64,000 nt of DNA. Source: Geosiphon pyriformis uo1 (taxonomy: Eukaryota; Fungi; Glomeromycota). The notes beneath the pieces are model-generated. The model had not been told where the DNA came from. It worked only from the letters and a program-made list of their open reading frames with translations, and ran no database searches. Shown piece after piece: positions 39,402-52,919 of the stretch. Position 1 is the first letter of the stretch, and every line of letters starts with the position of its first letter. The DNA is taken from contig JAAOMT010000577.1 of NCBI GenBank assembly GCA_016748015.1, positions 350,489 through 414,488 of the forward strand, read 5' to 3'. Made by a program: the position numbers and the translations under genes.

Positions 39402-40355
39402 CATGAAATTATTTTTATAATTCTTATTATTAATTAGCATATATTATCATTTCAAATTATCACTTATTACATTAGTAAAATGTCCGAAATTATCATTTAA
39501 TTAATAACCCAATTTGTACATAACACAAATATAACCTAATTGCAATGATCAATCATGTAATACTCCAAAATATGTAACATTCAAAAGTTTGCCAAAATTT
39601 GTAAAAATTCACTGAAATAATTGATAGTTCACCGAAATATCTAATAGTTCACAGAAATAACTTGTAGTTTGCCGAAATGTATCTTTAGTTCAGCAAAATT
39701 GTAAAAAAGAGCAAAGTTCAAGTTCATAGAATAATGTTACAACAAGTTGTAAAAAAGAAGAGCTTTTCTCTTCGAGAAAATATATCTTACTTTAGATTTA
39801 TTACTTAAAACCATTTCTACACACACAAAAAGAAATAAAATATCAAATAATTTGAAAAACCAATTTCTTTAAAATATTGCACTTGGAAAATCTCCAAAAA
39901 ACCCAACTAATGTTTTGAAATTGATTAGCTACCAATTTCAGTAAACTGTTAGTGACTCCAGGCCTGGATAGAAAATGTTTTCCTTAACAGAATTCTATTT
40001 CTTTTACATTACTTTTATTTTCTTTCTTTTATTTTCTTATTATAATGATTAGGGTAGCCTACAGACAAGATTCCTGTAGAAAAGTTGATTTTCACAGCAA
40101 AGTAACTACACATTTTTAGTGAGCTTCCAGATGAGCAATTCTTAGGAAAAAGTTGACGTTTACTACAACATAATTACACAAAGCAACTGGCATAGAATTG
40201 GCCATTCTACTTATAAGCCCAGCAGTTCAAATTATAGGAGATAATTTGAAAATAAATTCAGTTATTAGAGGTTCAAACACTTCCCATAATCATGAATTAA
40301 TAGCATTACAACAAACATACAAGAGCTAAGAAGAGACCAAAAACCTTCGGTAATA
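39370..40355 (+). repeat. 3' LTR of B
   Basis: Direct repeat of 30454-31460, 986 bp. Ends decayed to TATTA/TAATA. Differences from the 5' LTR are mostly transitions. Confidence 0.95.
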
Positions 40356-41061
40356 CTATAGCATCCCAAAACCACAGTTTTGTCAATTTTTTTCTCAGCT
40401 TGATGGCTGGTATTCCTCCTGGTAAGCTATCCTTAATTGAGTGTTCTACCTTTATTTTTGGGTCTTTTACCAGTTACATTTATTTTGATGTCAGTACCCT
40501 GCGCATTAATCTTCAATAAAGTTAGTAAACAACAATAAAATCAAAGCAAAAAATAAAGAAAAAAAAAGAAAATAAAGAAAAAAAAGAAATAAGCCAAGGT
40601 GATTTGCAAATTAGTATTCCATGAATAGTCATGATCAAGAGCTATTGTTCCAGTGTGGTTAAGTATCAATTACTATCAACATGAAGTGTTGATAGTGGAA
40701 GTGGATTTGAGATAACAAATAGTTATTTTATTAGATGATTGTGATTTGGGGAGTTGCTTAGATTAAATCTAAACTGAGAGGTCTGTTTTTTTAATTTCTA
40801 ATACTACTGTTATATATATATAATTGAGATTCCTCAATTCCTCAATTCTTCATGACAGGAATCCTGGAATTTCTGGAATCCTGTGATTCCTTTGGGAAGA
40901 ATCCTGGAATTATGGAATCCTGCGATTCCTTATGAGAATCCTTCAATTCCTGAAATTCTGCAATTCCTAAAAGGAATCCTAGAATTTTTCATTTACTATG
41001 TCTACTTCTGATTGGCTAATAACTATGCTAATATATCTTTCCTATATTTTTAGGAGTAACA
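40356..41061 (-). mobile_element. Family A LTR (H), truncated at its 3' end by element B
   Basis: Minus-strand start TGTTACTCC at 41061, then CCAAT box, GGAATCC/GGATTCC array and TATA. Stops mid-LTR at 40356. Confidence 0.88.
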
Positions 41062-43694
41062 CTGGTTTTTTTGACTGATCTTGGTAATTGTTTCACACAA
41101 TGTTCTATTGAATTTTTCAATTAATCCATTGGTTTGTAGATGGTATAGTAATGACAATGGTCTTTTAATTCCAAATCTTTGACTTAATTCTGTCAATGTT
41201 CTATTCACAAGATGAGTTTTTTAATCTAATAGTAGTTTTTTTGGACATCTATGTTGACAGATCAAATCTTAATGAACAAATTTGACAACAAATTTTACAT
41301 CCACTCTTTGAATGGGTTTTGCTTCTGGCCATTTTGTGAGATAATTTATAACTACTGTGATATATCTGTTGCCTTTACTAGTAATTGTTAATGGTCTGAC
41401 CAAGTCAATTTCAATGCAATCAAATAGTTGTTCTACTTTAATTGGTCTCAATAGTTTACTGGGTTTTGTTCCTTCTCTTCTCTAACAAGTATCACAATTT
41501 TGAACATATTAGATAATGTCTAAATACATAGATGGCCAATAGTATCTTTTTCTGGTTCTTTTCATGGTTGTTTCTTTATAGAAATGTTCTGCTGTTGGAT
41601 CTGAGTGCATGTTAAACAATATTGTCTCTTTCTCTGGTTCTGTGATTACTTTGGTTGGTTGGTCTGAATTCTTTCTGTTCTTTTAGTAAAGTATATTTTG
41701 GTGATTGATAAAATATTTTGATTGTTGTTTTATGTTGTTTTGTTCTTTTTGAGATAATTTTTTCTTGAACAATTGAGTATTTATATAATATTAGAGTTGT
41801 TGATATTTTTGTATATTCATTTTTTTTTTGTTATATTTTTTTTTGGTTTGAAATGTTTTTTTTTAGATTTGTCTCATTCGTAACAGACCATTAGCATTTC
41901 CATTTTCTTTTCCTTTTTTTATAATGTACTGTATAATTAAATGGTGAAAGTTCTATTTTCTATCTGGCATAGTGATCATCTCCAAATTTTTGTTTCTGAA
42001 TTGAAGTTAATTCTTTAAGATCTGTATACACATCAAACTTTTGACTCAAGTATTCTTTCTATTTTATAACTGCCCAATAGATTGCTAAGTGTTCTAATAC
42101 TGGTGTTCTATAGTTTTTTTCTGCTGGATTTAAGTTTCTATTGGCATAAGCTACTAAATGTTCTCTTCCATCTGGTTCTTTCTGTAATAGTACTGCTCCC
42201 AATGCTTGGCCTGATGCATTAGTAATAATAATAAATGGTTTGCTGTAATCTGAATACATCAATACTGAAACTTAAATAAGCTTTCTTTTCAGTATGTCGA
42301 ATGCTTCTTATTGAGCTTCTGTTTATTTATACTTTATATTCTTAGTTTGTAGATGATAAAGTGGCTGTGCCAGTTTTGAAAAGTCTTTAATAAAGCAGCA
42401 ATAATATCCAGCAAATCCCAAGAATGCTCTTAGTTTTGTTAAGTTAGTTGGTACTGGAAAGTTTTTTATTATTGCAATATTATTTAGATCTGTTTTAATA
42501 CCATCTTTGCTTACAACATGTCCCAAAAATTTGAGTTCTGTTTTTCCAAAAAAACATTTGTTTGCATTCAACTTCAATCCTATTCTTCTCAATCTTTCAA
42601 ATACTTGTTGAAGATAATGTAGATGATTATCAAATGTCTTAAAGAACACATTTGTGTTATTTAAGTAAACAACTACAGATTTCCACAGTAGTCCAGTATA
42701 GACAATTTCTATAAGCTATTGGAATGTTGCTGGAACATTCATCAAGCCAAATAGCATTACTTCAAATTCGAAATTTTTTTCTCGCATTGTAAAAGCTGTT
42801 TTTTTTTTATTTTCTGGTTTCATGACTACTTGCCAATAACCACTGTCTAAATTTCGAGTTAAAAACCATTTTTTTTTTCCAAAAGCATCAAATAGTTTTT
42901 GAATTTTTGGAGTTGGGTAACTATCATCTTTGGTTACTCTATTCAGTTTCTAATAATTTACACAAAAGCAGATTTTTCCATTCTTCTTATAAACTAATAC
43001 CACTGGTAATAATCATAGACTCATTAATGACTGGATTAACCTGTTGTCAAGCATCTGATTGATTTCTTGATGAATAATCTCATGGCTAACTGATAGTACT
43101 CTGTATGCTTTCTGTTTAATTGGCATTGCATTTCCAGTCTTGATTTGATGTTGAATGATGTCAGTTCTGCCAAATTCATTTTTACTGGCAAAGATGTTGT
43201 TGAAATTGTTGAACAGCATCTTGAGTTGCATATGTTGTAGTGGGTCTAGATTTTCCAAGTTCATTTGTTCCAATTGTTCTGGTTGGAGCAGATAATATTT
43301 TTCTTGTCTATATATTGTTTGTGATGTGATATCCACATATTCACACAATTGTAAAAAGTCTGGAATGGAGTTTGGTGGTTGTTCTTCAATTTTGGTGGTT
43401 AAATATTCAATAGTGGTTTCCTCTGGTATCTTGATAATATGTTTTGTGTTGTTGTAAATGGGAATTTTGATGTAACTATGGTTTTTGGCTGGTATGTATA
43501 TATTGACTAATCCAATTTCTTCTGATTCACAAAGTGTTGCTTCTGCCTCAAAAATCTGAACTTGATCTCTTACTTTTCTCTCTATAACTACTATATATTG
43601 TTTATATAGTGAAATAGAAATTGGTTAACGGGTGGAAATAATTTCTCTCTTGTTGATAATTTTTTCCTCTGCCATATTGACTGATACATCTATT

Positions 43695-44089
43695 CTACTT
43701 ATTGATCCAAATTCTTATATCCCTCTTGCTTTTACCCTTAATTCCTTTCTGTTTCCTACTAATACTAATTAAGCTATTTTAACCAGAAACAGGAATATTG
43801 CCTGTGTTATCTTTTCATTTGGATCTATGATATATGCCTTTTCTGAATCATTTTGTAGCATAGCAATAATATTTCCTACATATTCTATGTCAATTATTCC
43901 TCCTCTGATGTTGATCCTTTTTTTGGCTAAGCTACTTCTAAATGCTAACTGAACCATTGTTGTTGCTGAAATTTCCAATGCTATTTTGAGATCAATACAA
44001 GTGTGTAAATAGGGTTCCAATTTGATAGAATCTTTTCTGGAATATCTCAAATCAAACTCTGCATTAGTATCATGCACATATTCTGGCAT
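43695..44089 (-). pseudogene. dut: dUTPase domain of F
   Basis: AEFDLRYS, FRSSLAK, GGIIDIEYVGNI, EKITQAIF, RGI*EFGS. Confidence 0.88.
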
Positions 44090-46224
44090 AATACCTTCAT
44101 TATTATCACTGAACGACTTCAGTTCTTGCTTCTTGGTAAGATTAGGGAGTGCTATGTATTGCTCAGAGTTTAAATCTGAGTTAGAATTGTTCTGGTTATT
44201 GCTGTTATTAATTTGAATGGAGCTGAAACTGTTGTTTTTGTTATTTTCATTGTCAGAGTTTAAATTGAGATTGAAAATTGATTCTGATTCTGATACACAG
44301 CTGTTGATTGGTTCTTCCTCTTCTGAAATTGTGTAGATTATGCATGGTGGTGGATTGTAAATGAAGTCATACTCATTATAATATTGGAAGTCACATGAAA
44401 TTAAACAGTGGTCACATAGTCTTGTGTTTATTTCTTCCAGCCATTGCTTTTGTTCCTCTCTAGTGAATGCTAATTCCTGGTAGTGTTCATAGAATTGTTC
44501 TAGATCCAAGAGGTTTATGACTGGTTCTGGGTTCCAGTCAAGTTCTATGGGCTTGGAAGGGTTGTTTTTGATCATCTTTATTTCTTCTGGTGATGCTTCT
44601 TTGATTTTTGTGAGAGCCATTTGCCAAATTTCATTGTCGTCATGTGAACATCTGTTTAAGTGCTTAACTGCTCATCTCCAGACAGCATCTATGGACATTT
44701 TTTTTCTTACTCAGTCACTTATGAAAATCATGTACTGACATGATTTGTTGTATGTTCCTCCTCTTCCAGGAATGTTGTTTCACATTCTTTTATCAAGAAG
44801 AGTTTCTCTACAAGCCAAGCATGACTTATTATCTCATTTTTCCACTTTTTTTGGTCTTCCAAACCATTTGATGACACATGGATGGCAATAAAATTTAGTT
44901 GCTATTAAGTATTCTTTATCATCGCCACAATATGCACCTATTAATGACAATTTCTTGCCACAATCAATGCATATGAGCTTTGGTTAACAATAATACAATT
45001 GTGGTGGTTGAGAATAAATATATGGAGTATATATTGAAGTAGTGGCTGGTTTTGGTCTTTTCTCTTTCTCTTTTCCCTTTTTTTCACAAGTCCAAATCAG
45101 TGACTGTTTACTTTGGTTACTACTGTTCCAATAACTTTGATTGGTTTCCCTGGTAAGTTCTTCTTCTCTTCTTTTCTTCCCTTTGTCATCCCATGATGGT
45201 ATTGGCAATAGTTTGTTGTGTTCAGTGTTGGCCCAAGAAACTTAGTAGACTTTCCAGATAGGTTTTCTTTCTTTTTTTTCTAACTTGATGAGTGGTACTG
45301 AGGGTGTGTTATTAGGCTTGAAGTGGCCACACATGGTTGGTACACATGTGTGTCAACTGTTTTGGCTAAGCTATAGCTCTTGGGTGTTCCAATCAAGCAT
45401 TTTATTGATTTTGAACAGCCAGTTGTTGTTTACAAGTGCTTGGTACTGGATGGCTTCCATGACTAATACTTTGATTGATATAATAATGCTGTTAACTTCA
45501 ATGGACAAGTCATCTATTTCACCAATTGGAGTTTTGGTAGCTCCATTAGTGGTAATTATCTTTGTACTGGCAGCTTGATTAACTCGGCAACCTAATTGGT
45601 CCATGAGCTGTCTTGTAATAATACTGTCAGCTGATCTACTATCTAAGATTAGTTTGATGGAATGACCATCAATTTTACCATCCATGTACATTGCTGTAAT
45701 GAGTTTTTCTTCAAATGCAGCTCCACTAAACAAAAAGATTTCTGTTGGTTCCTTAATTTTAAAGAAAAATATAGCTGCAAGTGACTCATCTTCCATGATG
45801 GTGGCTGGTGAAATGTTGCTGGTAATTGTTGGTTGTTGGTTGGTTTCCAGGTTATTGGGTTGGACATCTTCTAGAGTAATCAGAAGACTTAAATAGTGTT
45901 AGAAATTTGGGTTTTGGGTGTGCCTGGTGCCCGAATTCCATTGTCAAAATCCTGATCGCTGGGTTGAGGAACTGGGAATCAGTTGATGGACTACCATTGA
46001 CAATCTTCAACTCTGTTGTATCAGTTTTGGCCTTTGAATTCCATTTTGAGGTAAGTTTTGTGGCGGTGTTTGAATTTGTTGGGGTTGATAGATTATTTGA
46101 GGCTGCAGTTAATAGATAGGCTAGAACGCAGGTAATAAATTACTAGTGTTGTCAGCTAATAAACTGGTGGTTAATAAATTGGCTGTTGTATCATAGGTAG
46201 ATAATTCAGTTGATATTGTTTAAG

Positions 46225-47284
46225 TGTTACCAGAGGTTTTTGGTCTCTTTTCTTAAATGTTGTTAATGTTGATTTGCTGTGAATTCATATTTCTAGAAAG
46301 TAGTTGGATCTTCAGTAACTGAATTTATCTTTAAATTATTTTCTATAATTTGAATTGCAGGGCTTATAAGTGAAATAGCCAATTCTATGCCAGTTACTTT
46401 GTGTAGTTATGTTGTAGTAAACATCAACTCTTTCCTAAAAATTGCTCATCTAAAGCTCACTAGAAATGTAGTTACTTTGCTGTAAAAGTCAACTCTTCTA
46501 CAGAAATCTTGTCTGTAGGCTACCCTAATAATTATGATAAGAAAATAAAAGAAAAATAAAAGAAATGTAAAAGAAATAGAATTTTATCAAGGAAAACGTT
46601 TTCTATTCAGGCCTAGAGTCACTAACAGATTACTGAAATTGGTAGCTAATCAATTTTAAAATGTTAGTTGTGTTGAAAAAATTTCAAGTGTAATAATTTT
46701 AAAGATTTGGTTTTTGAATATTTTAATTTTTATTTGATTTTGTAAAAGGTAATTTGTTCTAATTAAGATATTTGAAGTAAGTTACTATGGTAAGATACTA
46801 TGAAAAAATACTAGGAGAAAATATTAGGAGAAGATACTAGAAAAAATACTAGGAGAAGATATTAGGAGAAGATACTAAGAAAAGATACTAGGAAAAGATA
46901 CATTTTTTTAAAGAGAGAAACTTTTCTTTTATACAACTTGTTGTAGTACTAGTTTTTGAACTTGCACTTTTCTTTTTGCTACAATTTGGGTGAACTAAAA
47001 ATACATTTTGGTGAACTACAAGTTATTTCACTGAACTATTGATTATTTTGGCGAATTTTCATTAATTTTGGCAAATTTTGACTATGTTAAATGATTCAGG
47101 ATATTGTGTAATTTGATCATCTTAATTTCTAAAATACAAATCGGATTATTGATTAAGTAATAATATTTGATAATTTGATTAAATAATAAGTGATAATCGA
47201 AATAATAATGATATATGCTAATTAATAATAGAAATTATAAGGGTAATTTTATGCTAATTAATAGCTAAAATTCTACTGGTAACA
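46225..47284 (-). mobile_element. Solo LTR, family B' variant, inserted in the gag region of F
   Basis: TGTTAC/GTAACA ends; aligns with 5032-5972 and 30454-31460. F sequence is continuous across it. Flanks TAAG/TTGG match only partly. Confidence 0.9.
46792..46901. repeat. 13-bp tandem repeat (AAGATACTAGGAG, ~8.5 copies) inside the solo LTR
   Basis: Units readable directly. This expansion is absent from the other three B LTRs. Confidence 0.85.
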
Positions 47285-50200
47285 TTGGTAATTGATTACT
47301 AATGTAATTTTGTGATTGTAGTTGGCAATTGGAGTTTTGATACTAATTAGCTAATCTTAAGTTGCTTATCTTTTTTCAGCATTCAAATTGTAAATGTCCT
47401 TGTTTACCACAATAGTGGCATACACACATTTCCTGTTGCCACTGTTGATTGGTTGACAATACTGAACGCAATTGATTTTGGGCACAATTTGAGTTTTCTT
47501 GATTATTGTGTCATTGGGGAGATTGATAAATTGCACAATTGTCAGTTAAGTATCCCTCTAATTTCTGATTGATTGAATCACTGAATTGTTTTAGTTTAGA
47601 ATTCAAGTCAGATAATCAGTTCATTACTAGATTTATGGCTTGAGCATAATTAGCTTTTAATTCAGCTGATTCAAAGTCTCTGGCACATGTGACTGCATCT
47701 TGTAAGTTGTTTGAATATAGTGGTCATATGTATTGCAAGATGCTACTGCATAATCTGCAAATAAACTGATTTAGGATCTGGGCTGCAGTGAAATAATTGG
47801 TATTGATTGCTTGTATTTGTTGCAGATTCTAGTAGAAACATCCCAAGTAAATAGTAACTACTTTAGTGTTTCTTTGTTTAATTGTAATAAAAGTATTGGC
47901 TAAATGGTTGATGCTATTGCTGTTACTAAAAAATCTTAAAAATTCCAATTTAAATGCATTAAATGTCTGGGGTTTCTGAGCTAAGCTATAATACTATGAG
48001 TTGGCAGCATTCTAAAGAAAATAGGAGATTGCTTAAAAGATTCTGACATCATTCCAATTATTGGTGGTGATGGCTTTAGGGACGTCACTGATCCATGTTT
48101 GGGCGTCATCTTCTTTGCCAGAAAATTTTTCAATTTTGGCAATGGGTACATATGCCATTGGTACTACTGGTAGTTGTAGTTGCAGTTGTGATTGTTGTTA
48201 TAGTTGTTGTTGTAGTTGTTGTTGTAATTGCTGCTGAAGTAGTAATTGTGGCTGTTGCTATTGTTGTTTGTCAATTGGTAGAGCTGGTAGTGGATTAATC
48301 ATGATTTCTAGAGGTAAATATTATTGATTATTAATGTTGGGGTTTTGATCATTCTGGTTTTTTGGAGTTTGATTAACCAGAGTTCCAATTTCTGGGTTTT
48401 TTAGGATTGTGTTTTGGTTATTATTTTCCTGATTGCTACCTTTTTTTTCTTTAGAGTCAGTTATTTTTCAAGGACTAACAGCTCCGAAATCTGGTTGTGA
48501 TAGTGGTAATCAAATTTCTATTGGCATTGAGAAACGCGATTTAAATCTCTCAAAGTAATTGCTGTATGTTCTTAGTAATTCTGTTTTTTTTTGTTTACTT
48601 TGGAACAAGATCTTGTTTAATAGTGTTGTTGCATTTGTAGTGGACGTGCTGGTTGATATTATATTAATAGTGCTTCTAGGTGTATGATGATATAATGAAT
48701 TGGCAGGTGAATCAAATCTTTGTTTCTTTCAAGTAGATAGTTGGATTTGTTTTGGGGTTTCTGCTGATGTTTGTAGTCTTTCTTTTCCTTTATCAGCAAA
48801 CATGATAAAAAATCTTTGTTTGGTGTATTTTTCAATTTCCCTGTTTATTTCTGTGATTAGTGGTATGAATAAATAGTTTTATAGAAGAGTAGTGCTTTGG
48901 AGTAGTTTACTGAAGAAATTGTTGAAGGCAGATTCTAGATCTTCTTGGCCTTCTAAATGATATACAATTTTCTTGTTAATATAGCAATTGAAAGCTGATT
49001 TTGTTGGCCAACTATTATTTGTTAATTCAAAATGGATGTGATAATGTTGGAATAAAAATTTTGCAAATTCCAAATGGTTTGTTCCTATTTCTTCGGATTC
49101 TGCTACTATTTAGATAAAATTGTTGGTGCTGGTTTTCTGTAAAATTATATCTTACAGAAAGCACCAAATGTTACAAGTGATTATTTAGAGTCTCAAATCA
49201 AATAACAAACTTGTAACTTGGTGCTCAATTGATAAATGCTGTTAATATCTGAAGGTTTTGTAGGAGAGTTCTTTGTATAATAAACAGAGATTCAATAATT
49301 GTTTTTAGTAGTCTCCTGAAATTACAATTCTATCCAATTTTTTTCTTAGTGTGGTGGCTGGTAATCTTGGCAGAGATGCCTTTCTGGTAAGCTATCCTTA
49401 AATTCTCAATTCCTATATCTTTCCTTTGGGGTCTTTTACCAGGCTATTCTCAATATTAATAATTCAGCACTTAATCTTCAATTAATTAGTAAAACAAAAA
49501 AAATAACAAAAATAAAAAAAAATAAGAAAAAATAAGCCAAGACAATGAATGTTAGTATCCCATCAATAGCCATAATCAAAAGCTATTGTTTTAGTGCAGT
49601 TAAGTATCAATTATTGTCAACATAAAATGTTAATAATAGGAAATAGATTTGTAATATTATATAATTATTTATTGATATTTGTGAGGTGGAAGGTTGCTTA
49701 GATTAAATCTAAACTGAGAAGTCTGTTTTTTCTACTTCTAATGCTACTGCTATATATATATAATTGAGATTTCTTAATTCCTCAATTCTTCACACCAGGA
49801 ATCCTAGAATTTCTGAAATCCTGCAATTCTTCTGAGAGAAATTCTGAAATTCTAGAATCTTGTAATTCCTTGTATGAGAATTCTGAAATTCCTAGAATCT
49901 TGCAATTCCTTTGAGAAGAATCCTGGAATTTCACATTTACTATGGCTACTTCTGATTGGCTAATTTATATGCTACTATACTTCCTATATTCTATAAGTAA
50001 CACTATAACTTGGTGTTCAAGTGTTATGACAGTTGATAATATCTGAAAGTGTTGTGATCTAAAGGTTTTGGTTATTTGAAGATTTGGTTATCTGAAAATT
50101 TTGGTCATCTAAAGGTTTTGGTTGAGTTTTTTGTATAATAGACAGAAATTTAATTGATAGTTTTATCTGTAGCTTTCCAAAACTACAGTTTCATTAATTT

Positions 50201-50839
50201 TTTTCTTAGCATAATGACCAGTAATCCTTTTGGTAAATTTTGAGTATCTATTCTTATCCTAGGTCTTTTACCAGTGCTATATTCTAATGTTAGTACTTCT
50301 ATGTGTAAATCCTTTTAATCAAGTTAGCAAATAACAATAAAAATAAAGCAAAAAAAAGAAATAAGAAATAAGCCAAGGTAATTTACACATTAATATCCTG
50401 TCAATAGCCATAATCAAGAGCTATTGTTCTAGTGTAGTTAAATATCAATTACTATTAACATAAAATGTTGATAGTAGAGAATGAGTTGAGATAGTAAATA
50501 ATTATTTATTGATATTTGTGTGTGGAAGAGTTGTTTAAATCAAATTTAAACTGAAAAGTCTGTCTTTTTTACTTCTAATACTACTACTATATATACATAA
50601 TTGAGATTTCTCAATTCCTCAATTCTTTACATTAGAATTCCTAGAATTTCTGAAATTCTGCAATTCTTTTGAGAGGAATTTTGCAATTCTGGAATTCTGC
50701 AATTCCTCATATAAGAATTCTGAAATTTTTGAAATCCTGCAATTCCTTTGAAAAGAATCCTGAAATTCTACATTTACTATGACTACTTCTGATTGGCTAA
50801 TTTATATGCTAATATATTTCTTATATTTTATAAGTAACA

Positions 50840-51503
50840 TTATTCTTTTCTTTTAATATTGAGCTTTATCAAGATCTTCTAATTTTACTTTTCTGTCTTT
50901 GAATATTTCCTAAACCTCTTTTTCTAGAATTATTTGAGTTATCTTGTTCTGTAATTTTTCAAATTGGACATTGATTATTTTTTTCATTTGGTTAATGATA
51001 ATAGTGTCCATTGCTGAATTGAATAAAATTTCTAGTCAGTCTTAAAATCTAGTGTATAGCCGATAAATGGCTCTTGTTTGTGTAATTAAATTGTTCTTCT
51101 CCACAAATAGTTTCAGTTGTTACAGTATTGTTGTGTCAAATAATTATTTTGTTTTATTCATGTATAAATTCTGAATGTTTAAGTATTGTCTTAAGCAAAA
51201 GTAACAAAAGTTTCTTGGAAATTGTTGTATCTACCAATTTCAAGTTTCAATAGTTAAATCTTAATATTGGGTGACTTTTGGTTGTGCTTTTATTGCCAAT
51301 TTTACTTTTGTGATTATTTTGTCAACTGTGTTTTCTGTTTTTCTCCGTACTTTATCTTGTAATTTTTTTCTGGTGTTTTTGTATCTGATAGTTTGTTAAT
51401 TGATTGTAATTTCTATTTTTTGTTGTTGAATCAATTGAAAGAGTTGTTGTGCTAATAAGTGGATGTTGTTAGTAATCTCCATTTTTCTACTATCTTTTGT
51501 CAT
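50840..51503 (-). pseudogene. G ORF3: accessory protein homologous to B ORF3; end approximate
   Basis: ATG at 51503 or 51482. MEITNNIHLLAQQLF...FCYFCLRQYL...TRAIYRLYTRF...KKIINVQFEKLQNKITQII. Stops and frameshifts present. Confidence 0.65.
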
Positions 51504-51542
51504 ATATACTGTGTCTTTATATATTCTTTTGGTTGTTCAATT

Positions 51543-52919
51543 TTATGTGTTTGGTTTAATAATTATGATTGGTTCTAAATCTCATGGAATCTTATCTGGT
51601 TTGACTATTATTCTCTGTACTCCCAATTGTAGAATATTACTGGTGGATGATGATATTATATGGTAGTATGGTTTTAGTTAATCACTATGTACTGCTTTGG
51701 TTAAAATTTTGTTGTTTAATTTTAATTTATAAGCTCCATTTTCTAAAATTTCTTCTATGTGAAATGGTTTATCCTATTTGGAGTCAAATTTTCTACTCCA
51801 TTGTTTTTCTGCTTTGATATGATGTAGAAGTACTTTGTCTCTAATCTTGAATTCAATTGGTTTCTCTGGTAGTTGGTTATTATGTCTTTTTTTTGTTTTT
51901 CTTGTGACTTTTGGATGTTATCAGCTGCTCTTTGCCATTTGTTTTCTAGTGTTTCCATTAAATCATATGTTCTTTTAAGCAGCATTTCCTAAAAATTGTC
52001 TTCAGTTATTGGTTCTGTTGGATATGTGTTGACTTCTATCTCAATTGGTAATGTTGCTGTTCTACTATATATTAATTCAAATAGTGTTGCTTGTGTAGTG
52101 TCTTGTTTCATTGTCTGATAAGCAAATAGTACTGATGGTATAAACAAATTTCATTTGTCCTAGGTTTTTTTGGCTGATTTTGGCAATTGTTTTACACAAT
52201 ATTCTGTTAAATTTTTCTACTAGCCTATTGGTTTGTAAATAATATAGTAATAATAATGGTCTTTTTATCTCAAATCTTTGACTTAATTCTGTCAATGTTC
52301 TATTCACAAAGTGAGTTCTTTGATCTGATAATAGTTTTTTTGGACATCTGTGTTGATAGATCAAATTTTGATGGATGAATTTGGCAATAAATTCTGTATT
52401 TGCTCTTTGAATGGCTTTTGTTTTTGGCCATTTAGTAAGATAATCTATGGCTACTGTAATATATCTGTTGCCTTTGCTATTGATTTTTAATGGTCTAACT
52501 AAATCAATTCTAATACAATCAAATAGTTGTCTTATTTTGATTGGTCTCATTAGTTTACTGGGTTTTGTTCCTCTTTTTCTCTGACAAGCATCATAGTTTT
52601 GAACATATTAGATGATATCTGGATACATTGATGGTTAATAGTATCTTTTTCTGGTTTTTTCTATGGTTGCTTCTCTGTAAAAATGTCCTGCTGTTGGATC
52701 TGAGTGCATGTTGAATAATATTGTCTCTTTTTCTGGTTCTGTAATTACTCTGGTTGGTTGATCTGAATTTCTTTTGTTTTTCTGGTAAAGTATATTTTAA
52801 TAGTTGATAAAACATTTTGATTGTTGTTTTATGTTATTTTGTATTTTTTGAAATAATTTCTTCTTGAACAATTGGGTATTTATATAGTGTTAAAGTTGTT
52901 GGTATTTTTGTATATTCAT
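51543..52919 (-). pseudogene. int: G ORF2: stand-alone integrase
   Basis: ATG 52919 MNIQKYQQL to TAA 51545-51543, 459 codons net. DLVRPL, DYLTKWP, SDQRTHF, QTNRLVEKFNR. Confidence 0.88.

Larger units (their letters stand above)
30454..40355 (+). mobile_element. Family B element, structurally complete (two LTRs, PBS, PPT, three ORFs), no TSD
   Basis: Direct repeats at 30454-31460 and 39370-40355; PBS 31463-31470; PPT 39357-39366; flanks ACAT and CTAT. Confidence 0.95.
41062..50002 (-). mobile_element. Family A element F: 5' LTR (50002-49169), PBS, ORF1 (to TAA 41865-41863) and integrase (41820-41062, truncated by H)
   Basis: MAYVPIAK, CHYCGKQGHLQFEC, ILDSRSADSII, dUTPase, RT, RNase H, then MNIQKYQQL...DLVRPL...YLTKWPEA...TNGLIEKFNRTL. 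Confidence 0.92.

Noticed and set aside
48095-48298. Poly-Val ORF that looks like a membrane or Env protein
   Set aside because: It is the antisense reading of the CAA/CAG poly-Gln tract in the gag of F.
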